DNA of 64,000 bases from Isurus oxyrinchus. Lineage: Eukaryota. Below are positions 37,540 to 49,300 of the stretch, one piece after another. A program made the position numbers and the translations under genes. The stretch is from NCBI GenBank assembly GCA_026770705.1, contig JANJGN010000016.1, positions 87,358,001 through 87,422,000 on the forward strand. The letters are read 5' to 3'. Every line of letters begins with the position of its first letter. Positions within the stretch are counted from its first letter, which is position 1. The notes below the pieces were generated by a model, which worked only from the letters and a program-made list of their open reading frames with translations, searched no databases and was not told the DNA's origin.

Positions 37540-37990
37540 AGAGAGAGTGTTAAAGGTGAGTGTGAGTGAGAGACAGAGAGAGGGTGAGAGTGAGTTAAAG
37601 GTGAGTGTGAGTGAGAGACAAAGAGAGGGTGAGAGTGAGTTAAAGGTGAGTGTGAGTGAGAGACAGAGGGTGAGAGTGAGTTAAAGGTGAGTGTGAGTGA
37701 GAGACAGAGAGAGGGTGAGAGTGAGTTAAACGTGAGTGTGAGTGACAGACAGAGAGAGGGTGAGAGTGAGTTAAAGGTGAGTGTGAGTGAGAGACAGAGA
37801 GAGGGTGAGAGTGAGTTAAAGGTGAGTGTGAGTGAGAGACAGAGAGAGGGTGAGAGTGAGTTAAAGGTGAGTGTGAGTGAGAGACAGAGAGAGGGTGAGA
37901 GTGAGTTAAAGGTGAGTGTGAGTGAGAGACAGAGGGTGAGAGTGAGTTAAAGGTGAGTGTGAGTGAGAGACAGAGAGAGGGTGAGAGTGA
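37540..37990 (+). repeat. 45-bp minisatellite, ~10 copies, just 5' of the J RSS
   Basis: Unit GAGTGAGTTAAAGGTGAGTGTGAGTGAGAGACAGAGAGAGGGTGA. Confidence 0.95.
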
Positions 37991-38011
37991 CTGAATGAAG
38001 CAGAGAGCTGA

Positions 38012-38050
38012 GGTTTTTGTACAGCCCCTGCACTGGAAGCTCTCAGTGTG
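38012..38050 (+). other. J recombination signal sequence, 23-bp spacer
   Basis: GGTTTTTGT + 23 nt + CAGTGTG (one mismatch to CACTGTG; the essential terminal GTG is kept). Confidence 0.96.
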
Positions 38051-38085
38051 GGTTACGTTCGGTAAAGGAACCAAACTCAGACTGA
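38051..38085 (+). CDS. IGKJ: Ig light-chain J segment VTFGKGTKLRL(S)
   Basis: FGXG motif after the 23-RSS; phase-1 donor A|GTAAGT. Confidence 0.96.
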
Positions 38086-38794
38086 GTAAGTAAACCCCAA
38101 TCCTCCCTTATTAACCCTTTCAATACTAAAACTTTCTCAAACACTAATGCTGAATAGTTGAAGGTGTTAGTGAGGAGCTGCAGTGAATGAAATGGTTCAG
38201 TGAACAACACTGTGTATAACAGGGTGCCCAGCTGTATTTCATTCATTACATTCCCCCCTTTAAGCAGCAAGATAGAAATAACCAACTTTTACCCACCGTC
38301 TAGAGGAGATCTGGACGTTTGCAGACTGTGCTGACATTGCTGCACCATGGACTGAAATCACTCACTAGACTCCTGTCAGTCTCAGTGTGACAGACACGGG
38401 CAGAGTTTGATATGAGCTCCGGCTCCCTCTCACAGTCTCTGATATAACTGATCACAGCACCAGCACAGTGAGACACCGAGGTCCCACCTCCCCCAGCTTG
38501 ATCTCTGCTCTCTCCACTCCCTGGTTATCTCTTGGCAAATTTCTGATGACAAACAGGTAGAGCAGGGCCCACAATCCAGTGGCTTCAGTGTTCCAGGGTA
38601 TTGGGGAGACTCTCCGTTTCCCCCGAATGTTTAAATGTCACCCTCTAGACTCCAGACCTCCCGGAATCTGCTCTCCATCTCTCTCCTGAAGACACTGTCT
38701 CTGACTGGGGAACAGCTCCACTCTCCCCAAGTGGGCTCATTCCTCCAAGTGTGAGGCGGGAGGGTGAACATGACAGGCTGTTGGACCGTGAGGT

Positions 38795-39175
38795 GTGGGC
38801 CGTGCCTCAATGGGTAGCACTCTCCCCTCAGAGTCACAATGTTGTGGGTTCAAATCCCACTCCAGAGACTTGAGCACATAATCCAGGCTGAGACTCCAGT
38901 GCAGTATTGAGGGAGGGCAGCACTGTAAGAGGAGCAGTCTTTCAGATGAGACAAACTGAGGTCTGCCCTCTCAGGGGGATGTAAAAGTTCCCATGGCGCT
39001 GTGAGAAGAATAGCAGGGGTGTTCTTGCGCGTTTTCTGGTTAGTATTTATCACTCAAAGAACATCACAAAAAAACCTGACTTTCTGGCCATCATCACTGT
39101 ACTGATTTGGATCTTACTGTGTACAGTTAGCTGTAAAAATCCTGAGATGATGACTGGTGCTATAGAAATGCAAGT
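38795..39175 (+). mobile_element. tRNA-derived SINE resembling shark DeuSINE (SacSINE1-like) in the J-C intron
   Basis: A-box-like start, B box GGTTCAAATCCC, Deu-like core GTCTTTCAGATGAGAC..GGATGTAAAAG.TCCCATGGC. Confidence 0.7.
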
Positions 39176-39619
39176 ATTGAGACTGAAGGTTCCTAATCCT
39201 GACCCTCGCACTCTCACTTTCCATGGTTCATGGGGTCATTCGGAGTCGTGACCTTGTCTGACCCCCAGACTCTGAGACTAATTGTAACCTCACCCTTGAC
39301 CTCTCTCCAGTGCTGGGCGGCAAGGTTTGAAATGAAATCTAGAATCTTCTATACCGAGACCCAATCTGAATCCTTTCTGAAGTGGGTTGATCCAAGTCTG
39401 CTCCAACATTCTGGGATAAAGTTCTCTCGATGTGTGATCTGAGGATTGTTAATGTGAACCTGTTTCCCCCGGACAGGCTGATCAATAGTCAGAGCTTCCT
39501 GACAGCTTAACAGTGTCTTAGAGGGACACTGAGTCTTTAAACACTCTTACTATTAACCATTTCAGTGCTGAATTTGTGGTAACCCTCTTTACAAATGTCT
39601 AAGTAACAGCCCAGTATGA

Positions 39620-40960
39620 TTTAACCAGCTTAACATCAAACCTTTACCTCCTGCCACTCAACCAATTTGAAACACAACTTGCTCCTTTCCCTGGGATCCA
39701 ATGAGTTTTAACTTTCTGACCAGTCTGTCCATGTCAGAAGTCTTGCTAAAATCCACATCGATTACATCAAACTCGCTATCGTTGTCAACCCTTCTTGTTA
39801 CCTCCTCATGATGATGAGAATTTCTCTTAGAAAGATTTCTGACATTTGCCCACCACTGAGGTTAGAGTAACTGGTCTGTAATTTCTCAGTCTATCCCTTC
39901 CTCCCTTTTTAAACAACATTATCAGTCCTCCAGCCCTCTGACACCACACCCCTATCCAGAGAGGATTGGGAAATAATGGTCAGAGCCTCTGCTATTTCTT
40001 CCCTTGTTTCCCTTCTTGCCTGGGATACAATTCATCCGGGTCTGGGGATTTATCCACTTTCCAAGATGCTGAACACATTAATATCTCCTCTCTCACCATG
40101 TTTATCCCATCCAATATTTCACAATTCTGCTCCTCCTCAACTAGAATGTCCGCGTTGTCCCTCTCTTGTGTGAAAACAGATGTAAATTATTCATTCAGAA
40201 CCATCTATGTGCTTCCAGCCCCACCCCCTCCCCCCAATACAGAGAGTGAGTGAGACGGAGGGAGGGAGAGAGAGGGAGAGTGAGAGGGAGAGAGAGAGAG
40301 GGAGAGAGAGAAGGAAAGAGAGAGAGAGTCAGAGAGTAAGGAGGAGAGAGAAGGAGGGAAAGAGGGGGAGAGGGAGGGAGAGAGAGGGAGAGGGTGACAG
40401 AGATACAGAGAGAGAGAGTGGGTGAGAAAGAGATACAGGGGGAGTCAGGAAGAGTCACAGAGAGTGAGTGACAGAGATCTATTTTTTGTCTCCAATTGGC
40501 CTTACTCAATCTTTAGTTATCCTCTTGCAATGTCCCACGCTATTTCTTTGTGTGAAGATATTTGTTCTGAGCCCATTTTATATCTTTCCTGAATGTTTCC
40601 CATTGCTCTGACACTGATTTATCTTCAGGTTTCTGTTTCCTGTCCATTTTGGCAAATTGGCCTTTCCCTAATGTACAAATTTTACACTTGGTCTATCTTT
40701 ATCCTTTTCCATAACTGCTCTAAATCTAACTGAATTATGATCACTATTAGCCAAATACTCTCCCACTGAAACACCTTCCACCTGGCCAGATTCATTCCCT
40801 GAAATTGTCTAAAACTGTCCCTTCTCTTGCTGAGTTTGTTATGTTCTGCCGAAAAAAAATCACCTGGATGGATTATAAGAATTTTGCATCATCTAAACAT
40901 TTACACAGATTTGATCCCAGTTAATATTCGGGAAGTTGAAATTCATTATAATGACACTGA
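39620..40960 (-). mobile_element. Decayed CR1 fragments (RT and endonuclease) around a GA microsatellite (~40245-40470)
   Basis: Minus strand DVIDVDFSK and NFNFPNINW remnants. Confidence 0.6.
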
Positions 40961-40986
40961 TTAAACTTCCTTCTCTTCCCTTTCAG

Positions 40987-41315
40987 GCAGAGAGAAGTCA
41001 CCACCCACAGTGACCCTGCTGCCCCCCTCCCCAGAGGAGGTCAAGACCAAGGGCACTGCCACCCTGGTGTGCCTTGCCAATCACTTCTATCCCGATGAGG
41101 TGAAGGTGGAGTGGAAGAAGGACGGTGCAGCCATTTCGGACGGGGTTCAGACCAGCAACTACCTGCGAGCTTCAGACAGCACCTACAGCGTCAGCAGCCT
41201 GCTGACCCTCTCTGGCTCCGGCTGGGAGTCCAACGCCAGCTTCTCCTGTGTCGTCACCCACGAGAGTCTTTCCTCTCCCCTCAGCAAGAGCATCAGGAGA
41301 TCAGAATGTGCGTAG
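40987..41315 (+). CDS. IGKC: Ig kappa-type light-chain constant exon, intact
   Basis: Acceptor TTTCAG; (S)REKSPPTVTLLPPS..ATLVCLANHFYP..WKKDG..YSVSSLLTL..FSCVVTH..RSECA*; in frame with the J donor; penultimate Cys for the H-L disulfide. Confidence 0.96.
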
Positions 41316-41494
41316 AGTGTTAGAGACAGTCCACAGAGGAGATACAACTTTAAATAGAACAGGGGTGAGCTGGGAGGGCAAAGGTCATTGTCAACACCAA
41401 ATTACAACTCTCTTCCTTCTCAGGACTGGCTCTGAGACACTTCTGAGGGTCAGGGGTTAACGCACGTTATTGGTGCAGCGTACAGTGAGGTTCA

Positions 41495-41890
41495 TTCTGT
41501 ATCTAACACTGTGCTGTACCTGTCCTGGGAGTTTTTGATGGGACAGTGTAGAGGGATCTTTACTCTGTATCTAACACTGTGCTGTACCTGTCCTGGGAGT
41601 GTTTGATGGGGACAGTGTAGAGGGAGTTTTACTCTGTATCTAACCCCGTGCTGTACCTTTCCTGGGAGTGTTTGTTGGGGACAGTGTAGAGGGAGCTTTA
41701 CTCTGTATCTAACCCCGTGCTGTACCTGTCCTGGGAGTGTTTGTTGGGGACAGTGTAGAGGGAGCTTTACTCTGTATCTAACCCCGTGTTGTACCTGTCC
41801 TGGGAGTGTTTGTTGGGGACAGTGTAGAGGGACCTTTACTCTGTATCTAGCCCCCTGCAGCACCTGTCCTGGGAGTGTTTGATGGGTCAG
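41495..41890 (+). repeat. 69-bp tandem repeat, ~6 copies, in the predicted 3' UTR
   Basis: ACTCTGTATCTAACCCCGTGCTGTACCTGTCCTGGGAGTGTTTG..GGGACAGTGTAGAGGGAGCTTT. Confidence 0.95.
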
Positions 41891-42089
41891 TTTAATCTCG
41901 TGATGCTAAGTTAAACCTCTCTAAGATGCTGAAGACTGTCAGCTGTACAAAAATAATGTGACCCTCCGAAGTGTCTGCTTCAGTAAACCAGACCCCTTCC
42001 TGCTCACCCTGCAGTTACAATTTAAGGTTCAGTCACTGTTTAAAGGGACAGGATTCTCATGTTCTGGAGAAAATCTCCACAAGCGTTTT

Positions 42090-42225
42090 AATAAACCTCC
42101 ATTCTCCCTGTGAATTTCTCCAGCTCCCTCTGGCTGGGCTGTTTATTCAAGTCTTTTTTCTGTAAATGTCAATGTGTAAAAGGTAATAAACATTAAGAAT
42201 ATTCAGTCTCTGTCTGGTGAGTGCT
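42090..42225 (+). terminator. Polyadenylation signals AATAAA (42090-42095, 42185-42190) with a GT-rich downstream element
   Basis: First AATAAA hexamers after the C stop; the second is followed by TCTCTGTCTGGTGAGTG. Confidence 0.65.
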
Positions 42226-42524
42226 TTGGAAATGTCCCACCTCCCCATCAGCTGATTGGCTGCATTTCAACAAGTGATTGTCCTGATTGGCTGGTTGGCC
42301 TGTCAATCAATAACACATCAGGAGAAGATTTGATTCAAAGCCAATTATCAATCATTTTAAAATGATCAGTTTTATCCTGAATCTCTTGAATTTACAAGAT
42401 TAAAAACAGAAAAGAAACTGGAAGTTGCTGGGATTAAATCATCACAACCACAATTAAGTCAGGAGTGCAAACTGTAGCCAGTCCAGGAGATGTGCTCTCA
42501 GGCCCTGTGCTACTTTTACACTCG

Positions 42525-43310
42525 ATCCTGTTGCAATAACCACCAACATTCCATCTACCTTCCGAATCACTTGCTGCATCTGCAAACCGACTTTTTGTGA
42601 TTCATGCACCAGGACACCCAGATCCCTCTGGATCGCAGAGTTCTGCAGCCTCGTTCCATTCAAATAATTTACTGCTTTTCTATTCTTCCTACCAAGCGGA
42701 CAATACACATTCTCCCACATTATTCCCCACCTGGCAAATATTTCCCCACTCGCTTAACCGATCTAAATCCCTTTATTGGCCCATTCTGTCCTCTTGACAA
42801 CTTACTTCCCAAGCAATATTTCTGTCATCAACAAGTCTATTTATTTTTTATTCATTTATGGCTTGTGGGTGTCGCTGACTAGGTCAGCATCTATTGCCCA
42901 TCCCTAATTGCCCTTGAGAATGTGGTGGTGAGCTGCCTTCTTGAATCATGCTGTCCACGTGGTGTAGGTACACCCACAGTGCTGTTAGGGAGGGAGTTCT
43001 AGGATTTTGACCCAGAGACAGTGAAGGAACAACGATATATTTCCAAATCAGGATGGTGAGTGTCTTGTAGGGGAACTTCCATGTCATGGTTTTCCCACCT
43101 ACCTGCTGCCCTTGTCCTTCTAGATATCGGTAGTCGTGGGTTTGGAAGGTGCTGTCTAAGGAGACTTGGCGTGTTTCTGCATTGCATCGTGTAGATGGTA
43201 CACACTGCTGCCACTGTGTGTCGGTAGTGGAGGGAGTGAATGTTTGTGGATGTGGTGCCAATCAAGTGGGCTGTTTTGTCCTGGATTGTGTCAAGCTTCT
43301 TGAGTGTTGT
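42525..43310 (-). mobile_element. CR1 fragment (~42525-42835) and 3' end of a second LINE (~42840-43310)
   Basis: RDLGVLVHESQK; HSLHYRHTVAAVCTIY.MQC..LLRQHLPNPR. Confidence 0.75.
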
Positions 43311-46300
43311 GGGGGGTGGAGGGGTGGGGGTGGGTGATGCCGTGGGTGGAGGTGGAGGGTGATGCCGGGGGTGGGGGCGTGGGTGATGCTGGGGGTCGGG
43401 GGGGGGGGCTGGGGGGGGAGGTGTGGGTGATGCCGGGGGTGGGGGTGGGAGTGGGGGACGGGGTGTGGGTGATGCCGGGGGTGCGGGAGTGAGTGATGCT
43501 GGGGATGCGGGAGGTGGGTGATGCCGGGGGTGGGGGACAGGGTGATGCCGGGGGTGGGGGGTGGGAGTGGGGGACGGGGTGTGGCTGATGCCGGAGGTGG
43601 GGGAGAGGGTGATGCCGGGGGTGGGGGGAGAGGGTGATGCCGGGGGTGGGGGTGGGAGTGGGGGACGGGATGTGGGTGATGCCGGGGGTGGGGGACAGGG
43701 TGATGCCGGGGGTGGGGGTGGGAGTGGGGGACGGGGTGTGTGTGATGCCGGGTGTGGGGGAGAGGGTGATGCCGGGGGTGGGGGTGGGAGTGGGGGACGG
43801 GGTGTGGGTGATGCCGGGGGTGGGGGACAGGGTGATGCCGGGGGTGGGGGTGGGAGTGGGGGTCAGGGTGTGGGTGATGCCGGGGGTGCGGGAGTGAGTG
43901 ATGCCGTGGGTGGGGGAGTGGGTGATGCTGGGGGTGGGGGTGGGAGTGGGGGACGGGGTGTGGGTGATGCCGGGGGTGGGGGAGAGGGTGATGCCGGGGG
44001 TGGGGGAGAGGGTGATGCCGGGGGTGGGGGTGGGAGTGGGGGACGGGGTGTGGGTGATGCCGGGGGTGGGGGAGAGGGTGATGCCGGGGGTGGGGGTGGG
44101 AGTGGGGGACGGGGTGTGGGTGATGCCGGGGGTGGGGGAGAGGGTGATGCTGGGGGTGGGGGTGGGAGTGGGGGACGGGGTGTGGGTGATGCCGGGGGTG
44201 GGGGAGAGGGTGATGCCGGGGGTGGGGGGTGGGAGTGGGGGACGGGGTGTGGGTGATGCCGGGGGTGCGGGAGTGAGTGATGCTGGGGGTGCGGGAGGTG
44301 GGTGATGCTGGGGGTGGGGGGTGGTTGATGTCGGCGATAGGGGGGGTGGGTGGTTGATGTTGGGGGTGACGTGATGGGTGATGCCGAGGTAGAGGGGGTG
44401 TGTTATGCCGAGGGTGGGGGAGTGGATGATGCCGGGGATGGGGGGATGGGTGATGTCGGGGGGTGGGGGTGTGGGTGATGCCTGGGGTAGGGGGTATGTG
44501 ATGCCGGGGGGTGGGGGTGTGGGTGATGCCGGTGGTCAGGGTTGGGTGATGCCGGGGGTGGGGGCGCGTATGATGCCATGGGTGGGGGGTTGGGTGATGC
44601 CGTGGGTGGGGGGGCTGCGTGATGCCGAGGGTGGAGGCTGAGGGACCCATGGCTGGGGGTGTTGGGTGATGCAGGGGGTGAGGGTAATGCCGGAGGTGGG
44701 GGGCTGGGTGATGCCAGGAGTGGTGGGTGGAGGTTGTGGGTGATGTTGGGGGTGGTGGGGTAGGTGATGCCAGTGTTGGGGGTGTGGATGCTGCTGGAGG
44801 ATGGGCTGGTGGGTAGTGCCGGGGCGGGGGTTGGGGGTTGTCGGGGGTGGGAGGGGTGGGCGATGCCATGGGTGGGGAGGGTGGGTGATGCCGGTGTTGA
44901 GGGGGTGGGTGATGTCGGGGGTGGAAGGGGTGGGTGATGCTGGTGGTGTGCATGAGGATGATGCAGAGGATGGGAGGGTGGGTGATGCCATGGTTGGGGC
45001 GTGGGGTGATGCTTGGGATGGGGGGGTTGGGGAATAGGTGACATCGAGTGAGGAGGGTGTGGGTGATGCCTGGGTTGTGGGCGTGGGTAATGCGTGGGGT
45101 AGGGGGGGTGGTTGATGTCTTTGTTGGGGGCCTGGGTGATGCCTGGGGTGGGGGAGTGGGTAATGCCAGAGGTGGGGGTGTGGGTGATGCCGGTGGTGGG
45201 GGTTGGGTATGCCGGGGGTGGGGACACGGATGATGCCGTGTGTCGGGGGCCAGGTGATGGCGAGGTGGGGGGTGGGTGATGCCGGGGGTGTGGGGGGGTG
45301 GGTGATGCTGCAGGTGAGGGGTGAGGGACCTATGAGTGGGTGTTTGGGTGATGCTGGAAGTGGGGGTGGAGGTTGTGGGTGATGCCGGGTGTTGTGGGGT
45401 GGGTGATGCCGGCAATAGGGGGTGTGGGTGATGTCAGCGTTGCGGGTGTGGGTGTTGTTGGGATTGGGGGTGGTGGATGATGCCATGGGTGGGGGGGGGG
45501 GGGGTGGGTAATGCCGGGGATGCGGCGGTAGGTAATGCCGGGTGTAGCATAATGGGTGATGCCAGGGGAGGGGGCACGGTTGATGCCAGGTGATGCTGAG
45601 GGTGGGAGAATGAGAAATGCCAGAGCTGGGGGTTGGGTGATGCCAGGGCTGGAGGGTGAGGGATCCATGGGTGGGGGATTGGGTGATGCTGGGTTGAGGG
45701 AGTGGGTAATGCCGGATGATGGGGGGCTGGGAGAAGCCGGGGATGGAGGAGTGTGTGATGCCGGGCGTGACAGGGTGGTGATGCCAAGGTAGGGGGTGAG
45801 GGTGATGCCGGAGTGTGGGTGGGGGTTGTGGGTGATGCTGGGGGTGGTGGTGTGCGTGATGCCGGGTGTGTGTGATGCCAGTGTTGGCGGTGTGGGTGTT
45901 GCTGTGGGTGGGGGTGGTGGGTGATGCCGGGAGTGGTGGGTGAGGGTAATGCTCGTGTTGGGTGTGTGGGTCTTGCTGGGGGTGAGGGGGCAGGTGATAC
46001 CGGGGGTGGGGGAATAGGGGATGCCGGGGGGTGGGGGGCTTGGGTGATGCCGGGCGTGGGGGCGCGGATGATGCCAGAGGTGGGGGTGGGGTTTGTGGGT
46101 GATATCAGGGGTGTTGGGGTGGGTGATGCCAGTGTTGGGGGTGTGGATGCAGCTGGGGGATGGGCTGGTGGGTGATGCCAGGGATAGAGGGGGGAGGGGA
46201 ATGATGGGGATGGGGGTTGGGGGTTGTCGGCGGTGGGAGGGGTGAGCGATGCCATGGGTGGGTGGTGGGTGATGCCGGGGTTGAGGGGGTGGGTGATGCC

Positions 46301-49300
46301 TGGGGTGGCGTGGTAGTCTTTGCCGGCTATGGGAGGGGTGGGTGATGCCATGGATGAGGTTTGGGTGATGCCGGGGTGGAGGGGGTGGGTGATGCCGGAG
46401 GTGGGGGCGTGGGTGATGCCGGGGTGGAGGGGGTGGGTGATGCCGGTGGTGGGCGTGTGGATGATGCAGAGGATGGGGGGGTGGGTCATGCCACGGTTGG
46501 GGGGGTAGGTGCTGCTTGGGATGGGGGGGTGGGGGAATAGGTGATGTCGAGTGTGGAGGGGGTGGGTGGTGCCGGGGGTGAGGGGGTGGGTGATGCCGGG
46601 GGTGGGATGGTGGGTAATGCCGGGGCTGGGGGAATAGGTGATGCCAGTGGGTGGTGGGGTGGTTGATGTCGTTGGTGCAGGTGTGTGTGATACCGGGGTT
46701 GTGGGCATGGGTGACGCCTGGGGTAGGGTGTGGGTGATGTCGGGGGTGGGGGCATGGTTGATGCCTGGGATGGGGGCCTGGGTGATGCCGGGGGTGGGGG
46801 AGTGGGTAATGCCAGAGGTGGGAGTGTGGGTGATGCTGGTGGTGGGGGTTGGGTGTTGCCTGGGGTGGGGGTTGTTTGATGCCGGGAGTGGGATGGTGGG
46901 TGATGCCATGGGTGGGGGTTGGCTGATGTTGGGGGTGGGGGTGAGGGACTCATGGGAGGGGTTTTGGGTGATGCTGGGGTTGAGGGAGTGGGTAATGCCA
47001 GAGTGGGGGGCTTGATAATGCCAGGTGTGGGGGAATGGGTGATGTCGGGCGTAAGGTGGTGATGATGCCCGGGTAGGGGGTGTGGGTGATGCCGGGAGTG
47101 GATGTGGGGTTTGTGGGTGATGCTCAGGGTGGTGGGGTGGGTGACGCCGGGAGTGACTGATACCAGTGTTGGCTGTGTGTGTGTGGCTGGGTGTGGGGGT
47201 GGTGGGTGATGCCATGGGTGGGGGAGTGGTTGATGCAGGGGCTGCAGTGGTGGGTGACGCCCAGTGTAGTGTGTTGGGTGATGCCAGAGGTGGGGTTGGT
47301 GGTTGATGCCGGAGGTGGGGGTGCAGATGATGCCGTGGGTGGGGTGCCAGGTGATGCCGAAGGTGGGGGTGGGTAATGCCTGTGGTGGGTGATGCCAGGG
47401 TTGGGGGTTGCGTGGTGCTGGGTGTGGGGTGGTGGTTGATTCCGGGAATGGGGTGGGTGGATGGTGGTGCGGGTGGGGGGGTGTGGATGATGCCAGGGAT
47501 GGGAGGGGTGGGTGATGCCATAGATGGGGGGGTGGGGGATGCCGTGAGTTGGGGGGTGGGTGATGCTGGGGTTGGGGGCTGGTTGATGCTGGGGGTGGGG
47601 GGCTGGGTGATGCCGGTGGTGGGGGTGTGGGTGATGCAGGGGATGGGGGAATAGGTGACGTTAGGGGTGTTGAGATGGGTGATGCCGGGCGTGAGGGAAT
47701 GTGTGATGCCGGGGTTGTGGGTGTGAGTGACGCCTGGGGTAGGGTTGGGCGATGCTGAGGGTGGGGGTTGGTTGATGCCTAGGATGGGGGCCTAGGTGAT
47801 GCCGGGGGTGGGGGAACGCAAAATGCCAGAGGTGGGGGTGTGGGTGATGCCGGTGGTGGGGGTTGGGTGATGCCGAGGTAGAGGGTGAGGGTGATGCCGG
47901 AGTGTGGGTGGGGGTTTGGGTGATGCCGGGGCTGGTGGTATGGGTGATGCCGGGACTGTGTGATGCCAGTGTTGGCGGTGTGGGTGTTGCTGGGGATGGG
48001 GGTGGTGGGTGATGCCGGGGTTGGTGGGGTCGATGATGCCGGGAGTGGTGGGTGAGGGTAATGCCCATGCTGGGGGTGTGGGTGCTGCGGGGGGTGAGGG
48101 GGCATGTGATACCGGGGGTGGGGGCTGAGGGAGCCATGGGTGGGGGATTGGGTGATGCTGGGTTGAGGGAGTGGGTAATGCCGGAGGGTGGGGGGCTGGG
48201 TGATGCCGGGGTACGGGGTGTGGGTGATGCTGGGAGTGTGGGGTGTGGTTAATGCCCGTGTTGGGCGTTGGGTGTTGCTGGGGATGAGGGGGCAGGTGAT
48301 ACCGTGGGTGGGAGTGCTGGGTGATGCTGAGACTGCTGGAGTGGGTGATGCCGGGGGTGGGGGTGGGTGATGCCGGGGGTGACGTGATGGGTGATGCCGG
48401 GGTTGAGGAGGTTGGTGATGCCGAGGTGAAGAGCGTGGGTGATGCCTGGGGTAGGGTGGTGGGTGATGCCGGGTGTGGGATGGTGGGTGATGCCGGGGGT
48501 GGGGGAATAGTTGATGCCGTCAGTGGGGGGGTGGGTGATGCCCGGCGTGAGGGGGTGTGTGATACCGGGGTTGTGGGCGTGGTTGATGCCTGGAATGGGG
48601 GCCTGGGTGATACCGGGTGTGGGGTGTGGGTGATGCCGTGGGTGGGGGGGCCAGTTGATGCCGGGGTGGGGGCGTGGGTGATGCCGGGGGTGGGGGGTGA
48701 GTGACCTTTGAGTGGGGCTTTGGGTGATGCTGGGGTTGAGGGAGTGGGTAATGCCGGAAGTGGGAGGGCTGGGTGATGCCTGGGTCGATGAGTGGGTGAT
48801 GCTGGGCATGAGGGTGTGGTGATGCCGTGTTAGGGGGTGAGGGTGATGCAGGGAATGGGGGTGAGGTGTTGTGGGTGATGCTGGGGGTGAGGTGTTGTGG
48901 GTGATGCTGGGGGTGTGGGGCTGAGTGATGCCGGGAGTGGAGGGAGGGGTTGGTCATACCGTGGGTGACGTGATGGGTGATGCCGGGGTTGAGGGGGTAG
49001 GTGATGCCGGGGGTGGAGGAATAGGTGATGTCGGGGCTGGTGGGGTGGGTGATGCTGGGCGTGAGGGGGTGGCTGATGCCGAGGGTAGGGGGTTGGTTGA
49101 TGCCTAGGATGGGGGCCTAGGTGATGCCGGGGCAGGGGGAATGCAAAATGCCAGAGGTGGGGTGTGGGTAATACCAGTGGTGGGGGTTGGGTGATGCCGG
49201 GGGTGGAGGGTGAGGGAACCATGGGTGGGGGGTTGGGTGATGCTGAGTTGAGGGAATGGGTAATGCCGGAGGGTGGGGTGCTGGGTGATGCCGGGTGTGA

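Noticed and set aside
38795-38870. tRNA gene
   Set aside because: Degenerate tRNA-like head continuous with a SINE body
43172-43218. TGTTTCTGC...CACTGTG as a kappa-deleting-element RSS
   Set aside because: Spacer is 31 nt, not 23, and it lies inside a LINE
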